The translations under genes were made by a program, and so were the position numbers. From assembly GCA_000708835.1 (NCBI GenBank), contig DF237609.1, forward strand, positions 1 through 45,829: a DNA stretch of 45,829 nucleotides, given 5' to 3'. The notes under the pieces were generated by a model. It searched no databases. It was not told the origin of the DNA and saw only the letters and a program-made list of their open reading frames with translations. The stretch comes from Klebsormidium nitens. Its lineage: Eukaryota > Plantae > Klebsormidiophyceae. Shown piece by piece: positions 23,701-32,943 of this stretch; position 1 is the stretch's first letter; each line of letters starts with the position of its first letter.

Positions 23701-26700
23701 CGGCTTAATAACCGCAGCATGATGCCACGAGCAAAGGACTTTCGCTGCAGCGTACAGGTCCTTCAGATTTGAGAGGAACGTCCGAAAAGAGCAACCGTGG
23801 TACTACATCAATTGCGAACAAAGGCTGCGTCCGTAAACGTCAATCGGAGTGCTGTAAGCACCAGGAGAACAAAAGGAGGTGACAAATCATCCTTGATACT
23901 CGCCAAAAGCTCCCAATCTAGAATGGCACGTAACTCCTTAACTACACAGCGGCATCAGGGCCACGAAAAATCAGTTACTGACTAGCCCCTGTCAATATTT
24001 CAGGGCCAGCGGGCTGCTTGAAACTAGACGTACACGGACGGAAAGAGGCAATCCGTAGGATATCACGAGATGCTCACGGAAGAAGGAAAAGCCGGTTGCG
24101 AACACACGGCCACAATAATGGAGCAGAGTACGGACATGGAGGAAATGGATGACTGGAAAGACAAAGCCTAGAACAAGGGCAGAAAGAAAAACAGCCAAAA
24201 AAGGAAATACCAGCCGACCGCATTGAAAATGTCTTCAGTCGCCAGGGCCGACTTCGGTTTGACTTCTTATAACGACCCTGAGAGTGCATAAATCTATACA
24301 GGGACTTGACAATGTTGTCCAATTTTCTCTGCACAGAAAGAACCGGCGAAGAAAAAACGGCAAGTAGTCAAGCCGTAGATTGAGAGTCGTCCTGCTTGCC
24401 AGGACTGAAGCATGCAGAACAAGAGGAAATTGCCTTGCAAACGAGAGTCGCGCTAAGCGTTACGTGGTAATAATCTTGCATGGATGGGAAAGAATTGACC
24501 CCCGAGTCACCACGCAAACCCAGCCTGAAAAGTTGTTGCCCTGTCCAGTGTTTGGACGTACCCGCTTTGCACAAGAACGACCGGAGTCGAAGCGGCAGGA
24601 TTGTAAAAGATCTACTCAGAGGCACATATGACGATAGCCACTGGAAGCGACAGCATCAGAAGACTCCCTTGATGATTGGCGGAAGATCGTTCGCCAAGCA
24701 CCGGCAATTATCATAGCCGTCCTGATCGTTTAAACCTGATGGCCACATTAAGCAACGCTCGCTACCAGACAACGAGCTCAGATCCGGTTCGTTGATTAGA
24801 AGATCACCGTCGAATGTTGGGACTGCATGTCCAAGATCTGGAAACATAGGTCTGCAATTGTGGGAGAGGATCCGATGACTTTCAGTACAAATCTAAAATC
24901 GCTTGAAGCCCAACAGACTGGCAAGCGGGTCAGGGTTAGCGGCTTTTATCAAATGATCGCCGAAGCTTATGTGTAGCTCACAGCATCGGCAGCGTTCAAA
25001 CCAAACCCTGACAGAGACAGAGAAAGCTCTGCCAATCCTTTTGCGTCGTCAAAGCTGTGAATACTCACGGAAGAAAGGGACTCCAAGCGTTCAAAATCGA
25101 TACGGCTTGCAACCATTCTCAACTATTTGCTTGCTCTAATTGAGATTATTGCCTGTCCTCGTAATCTAAAGGGGTCGGCCAGCGAAGCAAAAAACGAACT
25201 TTCTTTGTGGTCTTTTGGCAGCACAAAGCTGGAAAATCTGGAGGTCCTTGGCAGATGAAAGAGAGTCTGCAGCAAAAGACAATCTTTCAAGTATCCCGAC
25301 GTTCATTTCTGCTGCCTCACGCGTTGCGGATGAGCGGGCAGTGCTCCATTATTCGACACAGTGGAAAACGAGGCAGGCCAAACAATCAATTCGGAGGAGC
25401 AGTCAGGACTATTCCGAGCGAATAGCTTCAACGCAGAACGCATAGATACTGCTCGAGCAAGCAAAGGTTGTTGGTGAAGCCGGTCTGCCCAAGTGTGGAG
25501 TGTACGTACCATTTATGTCAAGGAACGCGTGCTCTCTGAAAATTCGTTGTGCTAGCTAATATAGCCGGGGATCAGAGTCCAAAGACTCAACGACACGCTA
25601 AAGACAGAATCTTGAGTCTCTCAGGCTGGCCCGAAACGAGTGACAAGCAAGCGAAGTTGCATTTGACAGACCAGCCTACTCTGTAGGCGCAAGCAAAGGC
25701 TTTAAAGAAGAGAAAGGGGTGCGCACGCGATGAAAGCAGAAACCAAGGAGACTGGCAGTCTCAGGACATCATCCAAGTGCAGATACTTTGCAGCTGTTCC
25801 GCCCATCATGGCTACCGAACCTAAGTGAACAGAATGAACGTGCACCCATTGCCAAACGCTTCCAGACGCAGTCAACGATTCGAGAACCCCCCGCCTCTAT
25901 ATTGCAAAGGGAAGGTTTACTAAAGAGTTGATGAGCAAGGTGCTCCACAAAGCCATGTCTCCCACGGTACAATCCGGCTCCGATGTCCGGCGGGGTGCCC
26001 TTCCCGGTTTTCAAGAAGAAGCTCTGCCTTCGTCACTGCCGCCCGGATAATGGGAACGAACACACATTCAGACTCGTTAAACGTGGGACACTGACGATCA
26101 CGAGCGAACAAAAGCAGCCGTTCCTTCAGCCACTTTGATTCCGCTATTGTTGACAAGCCTTGCCACGGCTTGACCATAGCAGAGCCTGAGATCGAAACCT
26201 ATGTTTACTTTGGTTCCCATAATGTTTGCTGGGAAACCACGCCGTCTCGCCACATGGTTGACGGCTGTTGAAATGTAGTAATCTTGCTACAGGCCGAGCC
26301 CTCCTCTATGATTATTCTCGAGGCTTCGAAAAAGCATTAGCCCGCAGAAAGAAGGCTATGTAAGGCTGTGTTGTAACGGCACATGGAAGGAACAGAAGGT
26401 GGCAAACGACTATTGCCAATGAAAGCGATATTCGTCATAGCCGCTCTCTCCACACCCACTATAAAACTGCTCAATGTCATCGACACAGTTGCAGCCGGAC
26501 TGAGAAAAGCTGGGGTTGAACAGAAAGACTCGGCAAAAGAGTATCTTCGAAAAGCCCATGACCTGCCGTTGCACTGGAAAACAAGGGTGAGGAGATTATA
26601 TCTGGAAGGGCACCGAAGTCGCATTCTAGCTATTATGACTGGTCTTGCTCCAGGCCGCATGGTGATGGTTTCCAGATCGGGCAGCATCGGAAAAAATCTG

Positions 26701-29700
26701 GCGAAACTGGAGCTTTTCTGCCAAGCGCTTCCGTTCGGCATTGCTGCCCACTAAGCAGGAGTAAAGTCAAGCAAGAAATGTATAGCTCCAGTAGCGTAGT
26801 GGATTGAAAGCAGGGACAAGAAAAATGCAAGGCAGGCTGGCGGAGCCATCGATGAAGTGCCGGAAGACCGCATGCCAACATTTTCAAGCGACCGGTTGAA
26901 CAAACGGCTCAGACTAGCGAGATGCTAGCGAGATGTGTTCGCATCACCGTTTAGTCTCTCATCAGGCGGAGAAGCGGGAGGGCTGCCTTGAGAGTCCAGT
27001 CATCTGCTAAGCTGCTCAAATCGAGCCAGAGTGAGAGCATTTCAACCTTGCAGTGTCCCGGCAATGACTTGGCCCACACCACCGCAAGAACATCCGTGGA
27101 TCTTTCCGTCCCAAGAAAGTTGCTTAACGGTACCTTAGCGTGATGACACAAACATCTAAGAAAAAACGGACTCACTTTCTGCACATGTGCGATGTCCTTG
27201 GACTGGTAGTTGCTGTTGCGGTACCAGTCGAGCTGCCGGTTGGCCGAGAGCCGCAGCCACACGTAGATGAAGGCCATCCCGGAAGGGCCCGCCTGTTCGG
27301 CGGGGTCTAGCAGGTCACGTGCCATGATGAAGCGCTGGAAGAGGGACCAGTTGCTGTAGTTCGCCTCGGCTTCGATCGCCTGCACGTAAGAAAAAGGCAG
27401 CTTCATTGAGGCAACTGACGAAACTGGCAAAATCTGACCCGAAGAGCAGTTGCCTAACGAACATTAGTGCTGGAAGATAGTTCACTTGCTGGGGTTCGCC
27501 TCAGCATCAATTGCCTGCGCCCACACAAGACAAGGGTCAGTGAAGGTTTTGAACCAGTGATGGAGTGGATTCTGATCAGAAAGAGTTCAATGCGCGGACC
27601 GCAGAAGGGCGCCGGAACAGGTCACAGGCCGTGATAAGGCGCTGGAAGAGGGACCAGTGACTGTAGTTCGCCTCGGCGTCAACGCCTGCGCATGAGACAG
27701 AAAGAAACTTCAGTGGGATAAAAATTGGAGCTGACCAACAGGTTTTCACTCGACAAACGTCAAGGTGCCGGAACAGGGACAGCTGCTGTAATTGACCTTG
27801 GCGTCGATCACCAAGACCATCAAACAGCATCAAGCTGTAAGGGACAACAGGATCGAAGGCCAGATCAATATGTTTGCTTAGTTCCTCGCTCGAAGTAGTA
27901 TGCACGCGTTCACGCAGAGGCTGCGGCCAAAGGCTGAACAGCACAAGAGACGACGATCCCGGATGCTGGTAGCCACACATATACATCATTAGAGTAGCCC
28001 CCAGTATCGATATTGACGAATAAGGACATGTCTGCCTCCGCCAGTGGCATCCGTTAAGGAGTTCTGAGTTCAGGCTGGACGCCCAACCCCCCGCATGAGT
28101 CCTCATTGCCGTCAACTAGATTGGAGCCAAATTTTTGATCGCAAGGGGGCCGGACTCGACGGCCGGGATGACGGCTCCGCGTAGAACTCAATCGTTTGCA
28201 CAAGAAACGAACTCGACCATGACAAAATCGCGTCAACGAGGTGAAACAAACATCGCTGGCTACCATGTGATGGCGCCGTTTTCAAGCAACAAAGAGAGAA
28301 TTGTCCAGATGATGTGGCAGGCCCGCTAATGATTGCTGGCCTCCAAGGCTTCTAAAACCAAGATAAATGAGACTGCAACTCAGCTCATCCGTACCGCTTG
28401 CTCTACTTGAGGCGTCTTTCAATCCGTTACAATTTGTGGTGGCTTCTGTGCTCAGGAATCTTCGCTGGGAAAAGCCCAGTTTGCTGGAAAACTCTCACTG
28501 CAGGATCAATTCAAAGGTAGATCGATAGATCGCCTTTCACGATGGCACTGTCTTAATTGAGAATCAACTCCGCGCCAGCACGAGCAACCCGACTGACAAG
28601 CTGCCAACCGCACTAGAGCAAAACCAGCCAATCCTTAAGAGTCAGGGTCCAGAACGGCATTGCTTTGACAAGTTTCAGACGTCAAACCCCGTGGAAGCTT
28701 GAAAATTGCGTTTGAACTTTCATGACCTAGGGGCTTCAGAGTTGAGAGGACACTTTGTGGGCAGAACCTCAGGAACAGTGTCATCATTGCCACATGATTG
28801 GCGAACCACATGGTCATCTCAAACGAGACCAACTGACCGCAACTGGTTAGGTCGACCCGCTACGGGGAAGTTCTTGATGAGCACACTTGAGAATTGTCGA
28901 TCCCCACCCCAATGGCACCAAGGCAAGTTGGGTGTTGAGCGATTCGCATGCTGATGCCGGAGTACGTGCAAACCATGCACTAAGGTTGCAAAGGCTAATG
29001 TCCGCGAAGCAGGAAGTCAAGCTTTTAAAATGAAAGTACCCGCAAGTTCCGACCGATTTACGATCCTCTAAAACGGACGACCGTGTCCGAATCCCACCCA
29101 AAACGCGGACCTTTGGCAGGAACAGCCTTCAGAGCTCCGCTTCCGACCAGTCCGACTGATCTAGACTCCCTGGGCTCACTCAGAACTCTCGACCGTCTGA
29201 CAAATGCTCGCCGAACCACTGAAGACCGCATATGGAAATCACTGCCGATTTCCAGCGTGGAAAAGTAACGATTTCCTCTCTGATTTCTCACCTGTTCCAC
29301 ACCGACCGCCGCTCCTGGCTGCTTGATCCTGGTTCAGAAAATTCGTCACCCCTGGCTGCTTGATCTGGACCACAAAGCTTAGCGCAAACCGCCCGTTGTA
29401 CCATTTCAAGTGTCCCCGTCCTTGATATCGCCTGTCACATTCGCTGACAATGTTGAACCCTTTCCAACCGAACGAGTTTCTTACCTGGTCCACGATATCT
29501 GCTACGCCCGGCTGCTTAATCTGCACCACGAAGTTGCCCGCGAACGGCCCGTTGTACCACTTGTCCCCGTCCTTGAGCACGAACTGGATTGCCCGGGGTG
29601 CAGCGCTCTCAGGCATTGTGAGCTGCAGCTCGTATGCGCCGTCACGGGGCTCGGACGGGAACGGGCTCTGGACGGCTTTGTCGTCGATCTGACACAACAA

Positions 29701-31927
29701 AAGATAGCCCGTCAAGACACGTTCATGTCTCAATAGTCCTGATGGTCTATTATGACTACCATGTCAGAGGTTGCTGCTTTGACAAAGGCTGTTTTAAGAG
29801 ACATGGGGAAAGAGGGGCGATCTGCAGCGCATACGCCCCGTCGTGGGGCTGAGTCGGGAACAGGCTCTGAACTGCGTTGTCGTCGATCATGTCAGAAAAA
29901 AATGAAGGCGTGAACTTGATCTTGTGGTTGATTTGAGTTGCAAGATGTGTGGGGCTCTGGAAAGCGCTGTGCTCTCACTACAAGAGAGAGGACGTGAAAA
30001 CCGATTCATATCTGATTCGTCCTGACTGCTCATATCCGAAGTTCCTCAACGTCCGTCATTGAGAGCGATGTTGGATAAAGGAGTTATTCCTAAGGAATGA
30101 GCTCCGTCCTGGGCCTACTTCGAGTGGGGAAGGAACTCTGAACAGCCCCTTTGTTTGTCTTGTGAAAGGAACAGATGCGAATTCTCCGCGGAAAGCTCCC
30201 TTCCCAAATGAAGGTATCAGTGTTAGTAGATTTACTGGACCAGTTGGGAGGTGGCCAGATTTCAAATGCGCAGCCCTGGGATGGAGGCAGCCTTTCGCTG
30301 GTGCTCATTTCGTCAGGCATCACCTCTGAATGATAGCTACTGTAAAGGACTTTGAGAAAGAGGGGGTTGTCAGCACATGCGGCTTTCTATGCTGCAGTAG
30401 GGATAGTCTCTTGCGCAGAACAGAGTCCTCGCAGTTCTCACCTGCACCGTACCCTCGGGCCAAATCTCCTGCGGTGCCAGCGACCAATTGTTGACGCCCC
30501 AGTGCAGAGTTGCCCCCTGAAGCGGCTGTCTGATGAGCACAGTGTAACCGTCCCCAGTCTTGTAAACCTCGGAGTGAAGCAGCTGCTCTCCTTCAAACTC
30601 CTGCTCCGTCTTGGACAGGAACTCGGATGCCTGAGCAGGGGCCTCGGTCGCGACAGCGCGGCATACCTGAGCGATTCTCTGCAGATGAGAAGCAAGTTTT
30701 GATCAGCGGTGCCATAATAGATTGAATGGTGGGATCAACACAGTTTGTGAGTAAGTCACAGCCACGCTACAATGAGTGAAGTGCAATCTTGTTGTGCGCC
30801 ATCGGTCTCCTCCTACTTTCATAATGATGGACAAGTTGTATCACCCTGCTGCTTCTACCTCTTCTTGCAGCAGTACAGTAAATTGTAGGGAGGCTCCGGA
30901 GTGCCTTTTTGTCCTTTCCCACGTTCTAACGCACGCTGATAATTCTTTATAAATGCTGACTGTGGATTGGAAAGCTTTCCGCCGCCCCTTCCTTGTTGGG
31001 CCTCGAACCCCACTCCCCACAGTGGATTGAGCACAGACCGAAAAGAGGCTTTGTTTGATCTGCACTTTCTGGGGTGGCCCTAGGAAGTTCATGTTTGTAA
31101 TGCTTCAATTTTAATGATGCCAAATGAAAAACATTTTACTGGCTCCATGGCGGGGCCCTATTAATAGCTGACTCGGTTTACCGCTCTTCATACAGATCTA
31201 CGAGGGGGCGACCTTGGTGTGCGGATGAACATGGCTGCTGGTGGAAGGGCCTATCGGTGCAAAATAGTCCTTCAAGGTGAATTTTCCTAAGCATAGCAAA
31301 TGACTTTCTATTACTATCTCCGGTCTTCACAAACTGGAGGCCAGCTATAGTACGGCCCTCCTTCTTGCGCTAGCTGACTTGTCATTGATAGCAACAGGTC
31401 AAACAAGACGAATACCGGAATGCACGTTTTCCGCAGGCATGCGCCAAGATAACATGCCCGGTCAAACAACTGTCTTCAGATCCGATTCGCTCAAACCACC
31501 TAACACGCAGCTACAACAGAGTAAGTGGCCCCAGCATCAAAGAACAGCAGCATGACTACAAGAAAGAGACACTTCAGTTCCGTATTGCTGGAAAAGCAAT
31601 GTGTATTGCCAACCATCCTAAAGCGGCTTTTGTATCGAAAAGAACCAATCGGAAGATAGTGATTCTCCAAACACTTAAGGTTGTAACCTCTTGACAGCAC
31701 AACATCCAAGAACATCTCACCGTTGTTCCTGCAACTCGTCCGCAAGGAAAAGTTTGTCGAATGCCAGTCAAAACCCCGGCATTGCTCAGCTGTTGGTGGA
31801 GAAGAGGCGGCAACCATCGCACATGCTCAATGCTGATAACAGATTTTCTGGTAGAAGCTCTGGCGATGGAGGAGGAGCTCAACGAAGCCAGCTGACAGGC
31901 AGACCGCAGGCAAGAAACAGAAGCCAT
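2652..31927 (-). CDS. GWD: Alpha-glucan water dikinase (GWD/R1 family), 17 exons, about 1103 aa: plastid transit peptide, one CBM45-like module, phosphohistidine domain and C-terminal PPDK-type nucleotide-binding domain
   Basis: Exons: 31927-31721, 30678-30442, 29688-29485, 27379-27176, 21147-20978, 20655-20418, 19045-18915, 17572-17370, 16164-15962, 15458-15339, 14372-14168, 12730-12611, 12122-11813, 10325-10125, 9293-9067, 3657-3467, 2792-2652. All introns are GT-AG, phases are consistent, and the total is 3312 nt. GWD motifs: LHWGVNNW, WHQKLHTNTTPEDI, LKTVHAGA, DVLSHVAIRAR (catalytic His), VWASKW, MAVLLQ..AEYAFVIHT, RSDSNGED.EGFAGAGLYDS, QDIEG..VVQSRPQ. Confidence 0.95.
3030..3275 (-). repeat. 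Two degenerate copies of GWD exon 16 3' end plus donor (3' echoes)
   Basis: They encode AGLYDSVPEPEAKEHLLDSTTEKLLWDPE|GTAAAT and SLYDSVQVPEAEVHLLDYTTEKLLWDPE|GTAAGA. Confidence 0.92.
3326..3470. repeat. About 3 x 50-bp near-perfect tandem repeat starting at the exon 16 donor
   Basis: tcctacc recurs at 3361, 3411 and 3461. Unit: ttggtttcaaaacgttcagacttcccggctgcaaatcctacctYtggaaa. Confidence 0.95.
3467..3657 (-). CDS. GWD: GWD exon 16 (ILSLPSKR...RSDSNGEDQEGFAGAGLYDSVP...LWDPE)
   Basis: TTTGCAG acceptor, GAG|GTAGGA donor, and the conserved nucleotide-binding motif. Confidence 0.95.
3712..3815 (-). repeat. Degenerate copy of GWD exon 16 5' part
   Basis: Reads LPLRRAALLAADGSFVARS, a frameshift, then HSNSDD, versus LPSKRIALLAANNSIIARSDSNGED in the exon. 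Confidence 0.75.
8560..8965 (-). repeat. Three 3' echoes of GWD exon 15, two with G|GTGAGA donors
   Basis: Copies of the LVGSYPGRAFSFTYNQDGTS coding DNA at about 8878-8965, 8700-8790 and (partial) 8563-8605. Confidence 0.88.
9067..9293 (-). CDS. GWD: GWD exon 15 (LSRRAWG...MAVLLQKVVPAEYAFVIHT...GLGEVLVGSYPGRAFSF)
   Basis: TTTCCAG acceptor, G|GTGAGA donor, and conserved motifs. Confidence 0.95.
9355..9582 (-). repeat. Three short 5' echoes of GWD exon 15 (acceptor plus LSRRA)
   Basis: Variants of gcggcggctcaacctg at about 9360-9380, 9430-9450 and 9560-9580. Confidence 0.8.
9945..9985 (-). repeat. 3' echo of GWD exon 14 with donor
   Basis: ttaccaggctctgtccgtccatttgctagcccac is identical to 10121-10154. 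Confidence 0.92.
10125..10325 (-). CDS. GWD: GWD exon 14 (IPAELSELR...AWGAICRVWASKWTDRAW)
   Basis: GCTAAC branch-like motif, TTCAG acceptor, TG|GTAAG donor, and VWASKW. Confidence 0.93.
10330..11170 (-). repeat. Array of about 6 5' echoes of GWD exon 14 (branch motif, pyrimidine tract, AG, exon start)
   Basis: Repeated cgcaactcggagagctcggccggaatcctgaacggaaa..ggaagcgcagttagcggacgtc units of about 110-150 bp. The two most distal copies are the most decayed. Confidence 0.95.
11813..12122 (-). CDS. GWD: GWD exon 13 (ASSNGAV...WAISESDF..NQKSLNIARL...LPTSVALPFGAFEKAL)
   Basis: Not in the ORF track and translated by hand. TTTTGCAG acceptor, GG|GTGAGT donor, and the PTSVALPFG.FEK motif. Confidence 0.92.
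12325..12371. repeat. 2 x 22-bp perfect tandem duplication
   Basis: cctcagtagacaatccttacag occurs twice. Confidence 0.9.
12611..12730 (-). CDS. GWD: GWD exon 12 (GCLLATAFDADELEQIRTLDGKFVSATVDAKGSVIVSEAK)
   Basis: TTTGCGCAG acceptor and G|GTGAGC donor. Phase fits both neighbours, and it aligns to the xxFATCFD region that follows the His domain. Confidence 0.9.
14168..14372 (-). CDS. GWD: GWD exon 11, phosphohistidine domain (GGMEDIPEGVVAVL...DVLSHVAIRARNQ)
   Basis: CTTCCCAG acceptor, G|GTCAGA donor, and the catalytic His in LSHV. Confidence 0.95.
15339..15458 (-). CDS. GWD: GWD exon 10 (AYVTNFGEEVVRA...LEPMLRAAAGLGSWQ)
   Basis: GCGTCAG acceptor and CAG|GTGCGC donor. Matches the FTEEIIRA..LDPVLR..LGSWQ region of plant GWD. 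Confidence 0.93.
15962..16164 (-). CDS. GWD: GWD exon 9 (NESAELAVCRDLW...WSLLAKAALDR...VQPHAELFG)
   Basis: TTGGCAG acceptor and CGG|GTAGGG donor. Homologous to WALFAKSVLDR..LQPSAEYLG. Confidence 0.93.
16230..16870 (-). repeat. Five 5' echoes of GWD exon 9
   Basis: Repeated ...ccagtctttgcccc...tgccgactcgttacctgc variants near 16234, 16377, 16540, 16676 and 16815. Confidence 0.92.
17085..17270 (-). repeat. 3' echo(es) of GWD exon 8 with G|GTGAGG donor
   Basis: ctcacctatgtttgcgttccgcaacataagcgccacaagctcgacc at about 17184-17230 matches 17365-17410. Confidence 0.88.
17370..17572 (-). CDS. GWD: GWD exon 8 (WVPGKLVEAREKL...RDTLLLDIALD...LMLRNANI)
   Basis: TTCCTCAG acceptor, G|GTGAGT donor, and the LDIALD motif. 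Confidence 0.92.
17650..18590 (-). repeat. Six 5' echoes of GWD exon 8
   Basis: Repeated EKLEHVWKA(D/E)WAGRD-type coding DNA with acceptor context at about 17650, 17790, 17960, 18150, 18300 and 18500. Confidence 0.92.
18685..18760 (-). repeat. 3' echo of GWD exon 7 with TG|GTAAGG donor
   Basis: ccttaccaagcttct...gccgtacaggtcgcctttt matches 18909-18955. Confidence 0.85.
18915..19045 (-). CDS. GWD: GWD exon 7 (HFLWILKTVHAGANMDTMVEM...GDREAW)
   Basis: TTTTCGCAG acceptor, TG|GTAAGG donor, and the LKxVHxGA motif. Confidence 0.92.
19105..19880 (-). repeat. Six 5' echoes of GWD exon 7
   Basis: Repeated catgttcgcgcccgcgtgcaccgtcttcagaatccacaaaaagtgctgc variants about every 120-150 bp. The intronic parts between them are also homologous. 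Confidence 0.93.
20100..20340 (-). repeat. 3' echoes of GWD exon 6
   Basis: The copy at 20250-20335 reads FEKMGRPISAWPMHLLHFIPASQ|GTAAG versus LEKMDHPISSWPMHLPHLIPAFQ|GTGAG. A more decayed copy lies near 20110-20170. Confidence 0.85.
20418..20655 (-). CDS. GWD: GWD exon 6 (PGIEEKFLEQWHQKLHTNTTPEDITICEAY...LPHLIPAFQ)
   Basis: TTCTCTAG acceptor, CAA|GTGAGC donor, and the WHQKLH motif. Confidence 0.95.
20978..21147 (-). CDS. GWD: GWD exon 5 (VLAEGM...LPRGGGDSEQIRMGILHIMREHGIREGHR)
   Basis: TTGTGCAG acceptor and AG|GTACAG donor. Corresponds to the GRGG..GQRIRDEIL region. Confidence 0.93.
23571..23640. repeat. 2 x 35-bp perfect tandem duplication
   Basis: gggcagtgctcgtcaccgttgtccttcgttgataa occurs twice. 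Confidence 0.95.
27176..27379 (-). CDS. GWD: GWD exon 4 (AIEAEANYSNWSLFQRF...FIYVWLRLSANRQLDW...DIAHVQK)
   Basis: CGTGCAG acceptor and AAA|GTGAGT donor. Corresponds to the VWMRFMATRQLIW region. Confidence 0.93.
27480..27700 (-). repeat. Two 5' echoes of GWD exon 4
   Basis: GCGCAG|GCAATTGATGCTGAGGCGAAC near 27520 and GCGCAG|GCGTTGACGCCGAGGCGAACTACAGTCACTGGTCCCTCTTCCAGCGC near 27690. Confidence 0.88.
29288..29425 (-). repeat. 3' echo of GWD exon 3, with an internal duplication and a GTGAG donor-like site
   Basis: Reads KWYNGRFALSFVVQIKQPGVTNFLNQ versus KWYNGPFAGNFVVQIKQPGVADIVDQ. Confidence 0.88.
29485..29688 (-). CDS. GWD: GWD exon 3, CBM45 C-terminal half (IDDKAVQSPF...IQFVLKDGDKWYN..GNFVVQI)
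   Basis: GTGTCAG acceptor, CAG|GTAAGA donor, and the FVLK..W..N.G.NF CBM45 signature. Confidence 0.9.
29815..29900 (-). repeat. 5' echo of GWD exon 3 (acceptor AG lost)
   Basis: Reads IDDNAVQSLFPTQPHDGAYALQ versus IDDKAVQSPFPSEPRDGAYELQ. Confidence 0.85.
30442..30678 (-). CDS. GWD: GWD exon 2, CBM45 N-terminal half (...ATLHWGVNNWSLAPQEIWPEGTVQ)
   Basis: Translated by hand. CATCTGCAG acceptor, CAG|GTGAGA donor, and the LHWG..W..P starch-binding signature. Confidence 0.9.
31721..31927 (-). CDS. GWD: GWD exon 1, putative plastid transit peptide (MASVSCLRSACQLASLSSSSIARASTRK...)
   Basis: GCCATGG start context, an S/R-rich and nearly acid-free N-terminus, and an ACG|GTGAGA phase-0 donor that fits exon 2. 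An in-frame upstream ATG at 31942 is an alternative start. Confidence 0.72.
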
Positions 31928-32430
31928 GGCGGAAGCCTGCATGAAGGCTGTCTTCAATGTAGAATGAATTAAATGCTGTTGAACAGATCTCAGCTCTTTC
32001 ACTTGAGCTTGCACCCCACGAACGGTTAAGTGGAAGCGTATGGTCCTGAAAAACAGGTTTGGTTCACCAAATTCTTCACTGCACGTACTGTTAAGGTTGG
32101 GTTAAGGTTGCTGCAGACCGCCTAGCTAGAGGTGGATTGACAGCAGCAAAACTTAACCAGGGGGTTTTCTCGCAGGTTTTCGGAAGCTACTGGAATGACC
32201 ACGGTGTTTTGACATTTCAGAATAACAAGGTTATCTGAGTAACCCAGACTAACCCTTGCCCTAGATCTGAGCCTGGCTGGTGCCTCATTTCAGAATCTTG
32301 AGCAGCTTCCTTCCCACTGACAGTGAATCCCAAGACTCTGCCAGGATAGACTTCAGTCTTCAGACACGCTCTTGAAGTTCAAAAAGACAGCGGCTTTGAG
32401 TTGCTACTTGGGGGAGAAGGAGTAGGGACA
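31928..32430. promoter_or_regulatory. Probable bidirectional promoter and 5' UTR region (about 500 bp)
   Basis: Head-to-head start codons at 31927 (-) and 32431 (+). Transcription starts were not mapped. Confidence 0.5.
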
Positions 32431-32943
32431 ATGGCCGCCACCGCGGGGAATCTCGCATGCAAGGTTGCTCCCCTTGATCCAAGCCAGTTTCAGAAAGCAG
32501 CTTCACAAGAAGCACGTTTGATAGGAGTGGTGCAACAGCCTCTCTGCGTGCAATGCAGGGTCCGCTTGTTTTCAGGACCGGCGGGACCAAGACAAGTCTC
32601 TGCACAGTCGAAAAGCACCTCAGTTTACGTATCGAAAGGGGCAGACTATACGGCATTGTTTGGGAAGGACTCATCTTCGAAACGGGGCGTTGCATTGCGG
32701 CTAGGATTGCAGGTTAGAAGAGGTTTGAGACCGCGGCGGTCAGTGAGAGTACAGGCGGAAGAACCAAGCGATGCAGAGAAGGAGGTACAAGCGAAGGAAA
32801 CTCTGCTGAGGGATGCGCTGGAGGAGAAGAGCAAGAAGGGCGAGGAGAGCAAGCCAGAAGCAGGCTTCAAAGGTGGGGGGCATCATCATGATGGACTACT
32901 TTCTGTGAAGACACTGAACGCAGCGTGTGATGAATCTCCTTAA
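32431..32943 (+). CDS. Protein of unknown function with a probable plastid transit peptide; single exon, or a first exon ending near 32871
   Basis: ACAATGGCC start context. The long basic/hydroxylated N-terminus ends in RRSVRVQA/EE and is followed by a charged helical segment (EKEVQAKETLLRDALEEKSKK). A possible AAG|GTGGGG donor lies near 32871, but I found no downstream exons. Confidence 0.6.
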   Translation: MAATAGNLACKVAPLDPSQFQKAASQEARLIGVVQQPLCVQCRVRLFSGPAGPRQVSAQSKSTSVYVSKGADYTALFGKDSSSKRGVALRLGLQVRRGLRPRRSVRVQAEEPSDAEKEVQAKETLLRDALEEKSKKGEESKPEAGFKGGGHHHDGLLSVKTLNAACDESP

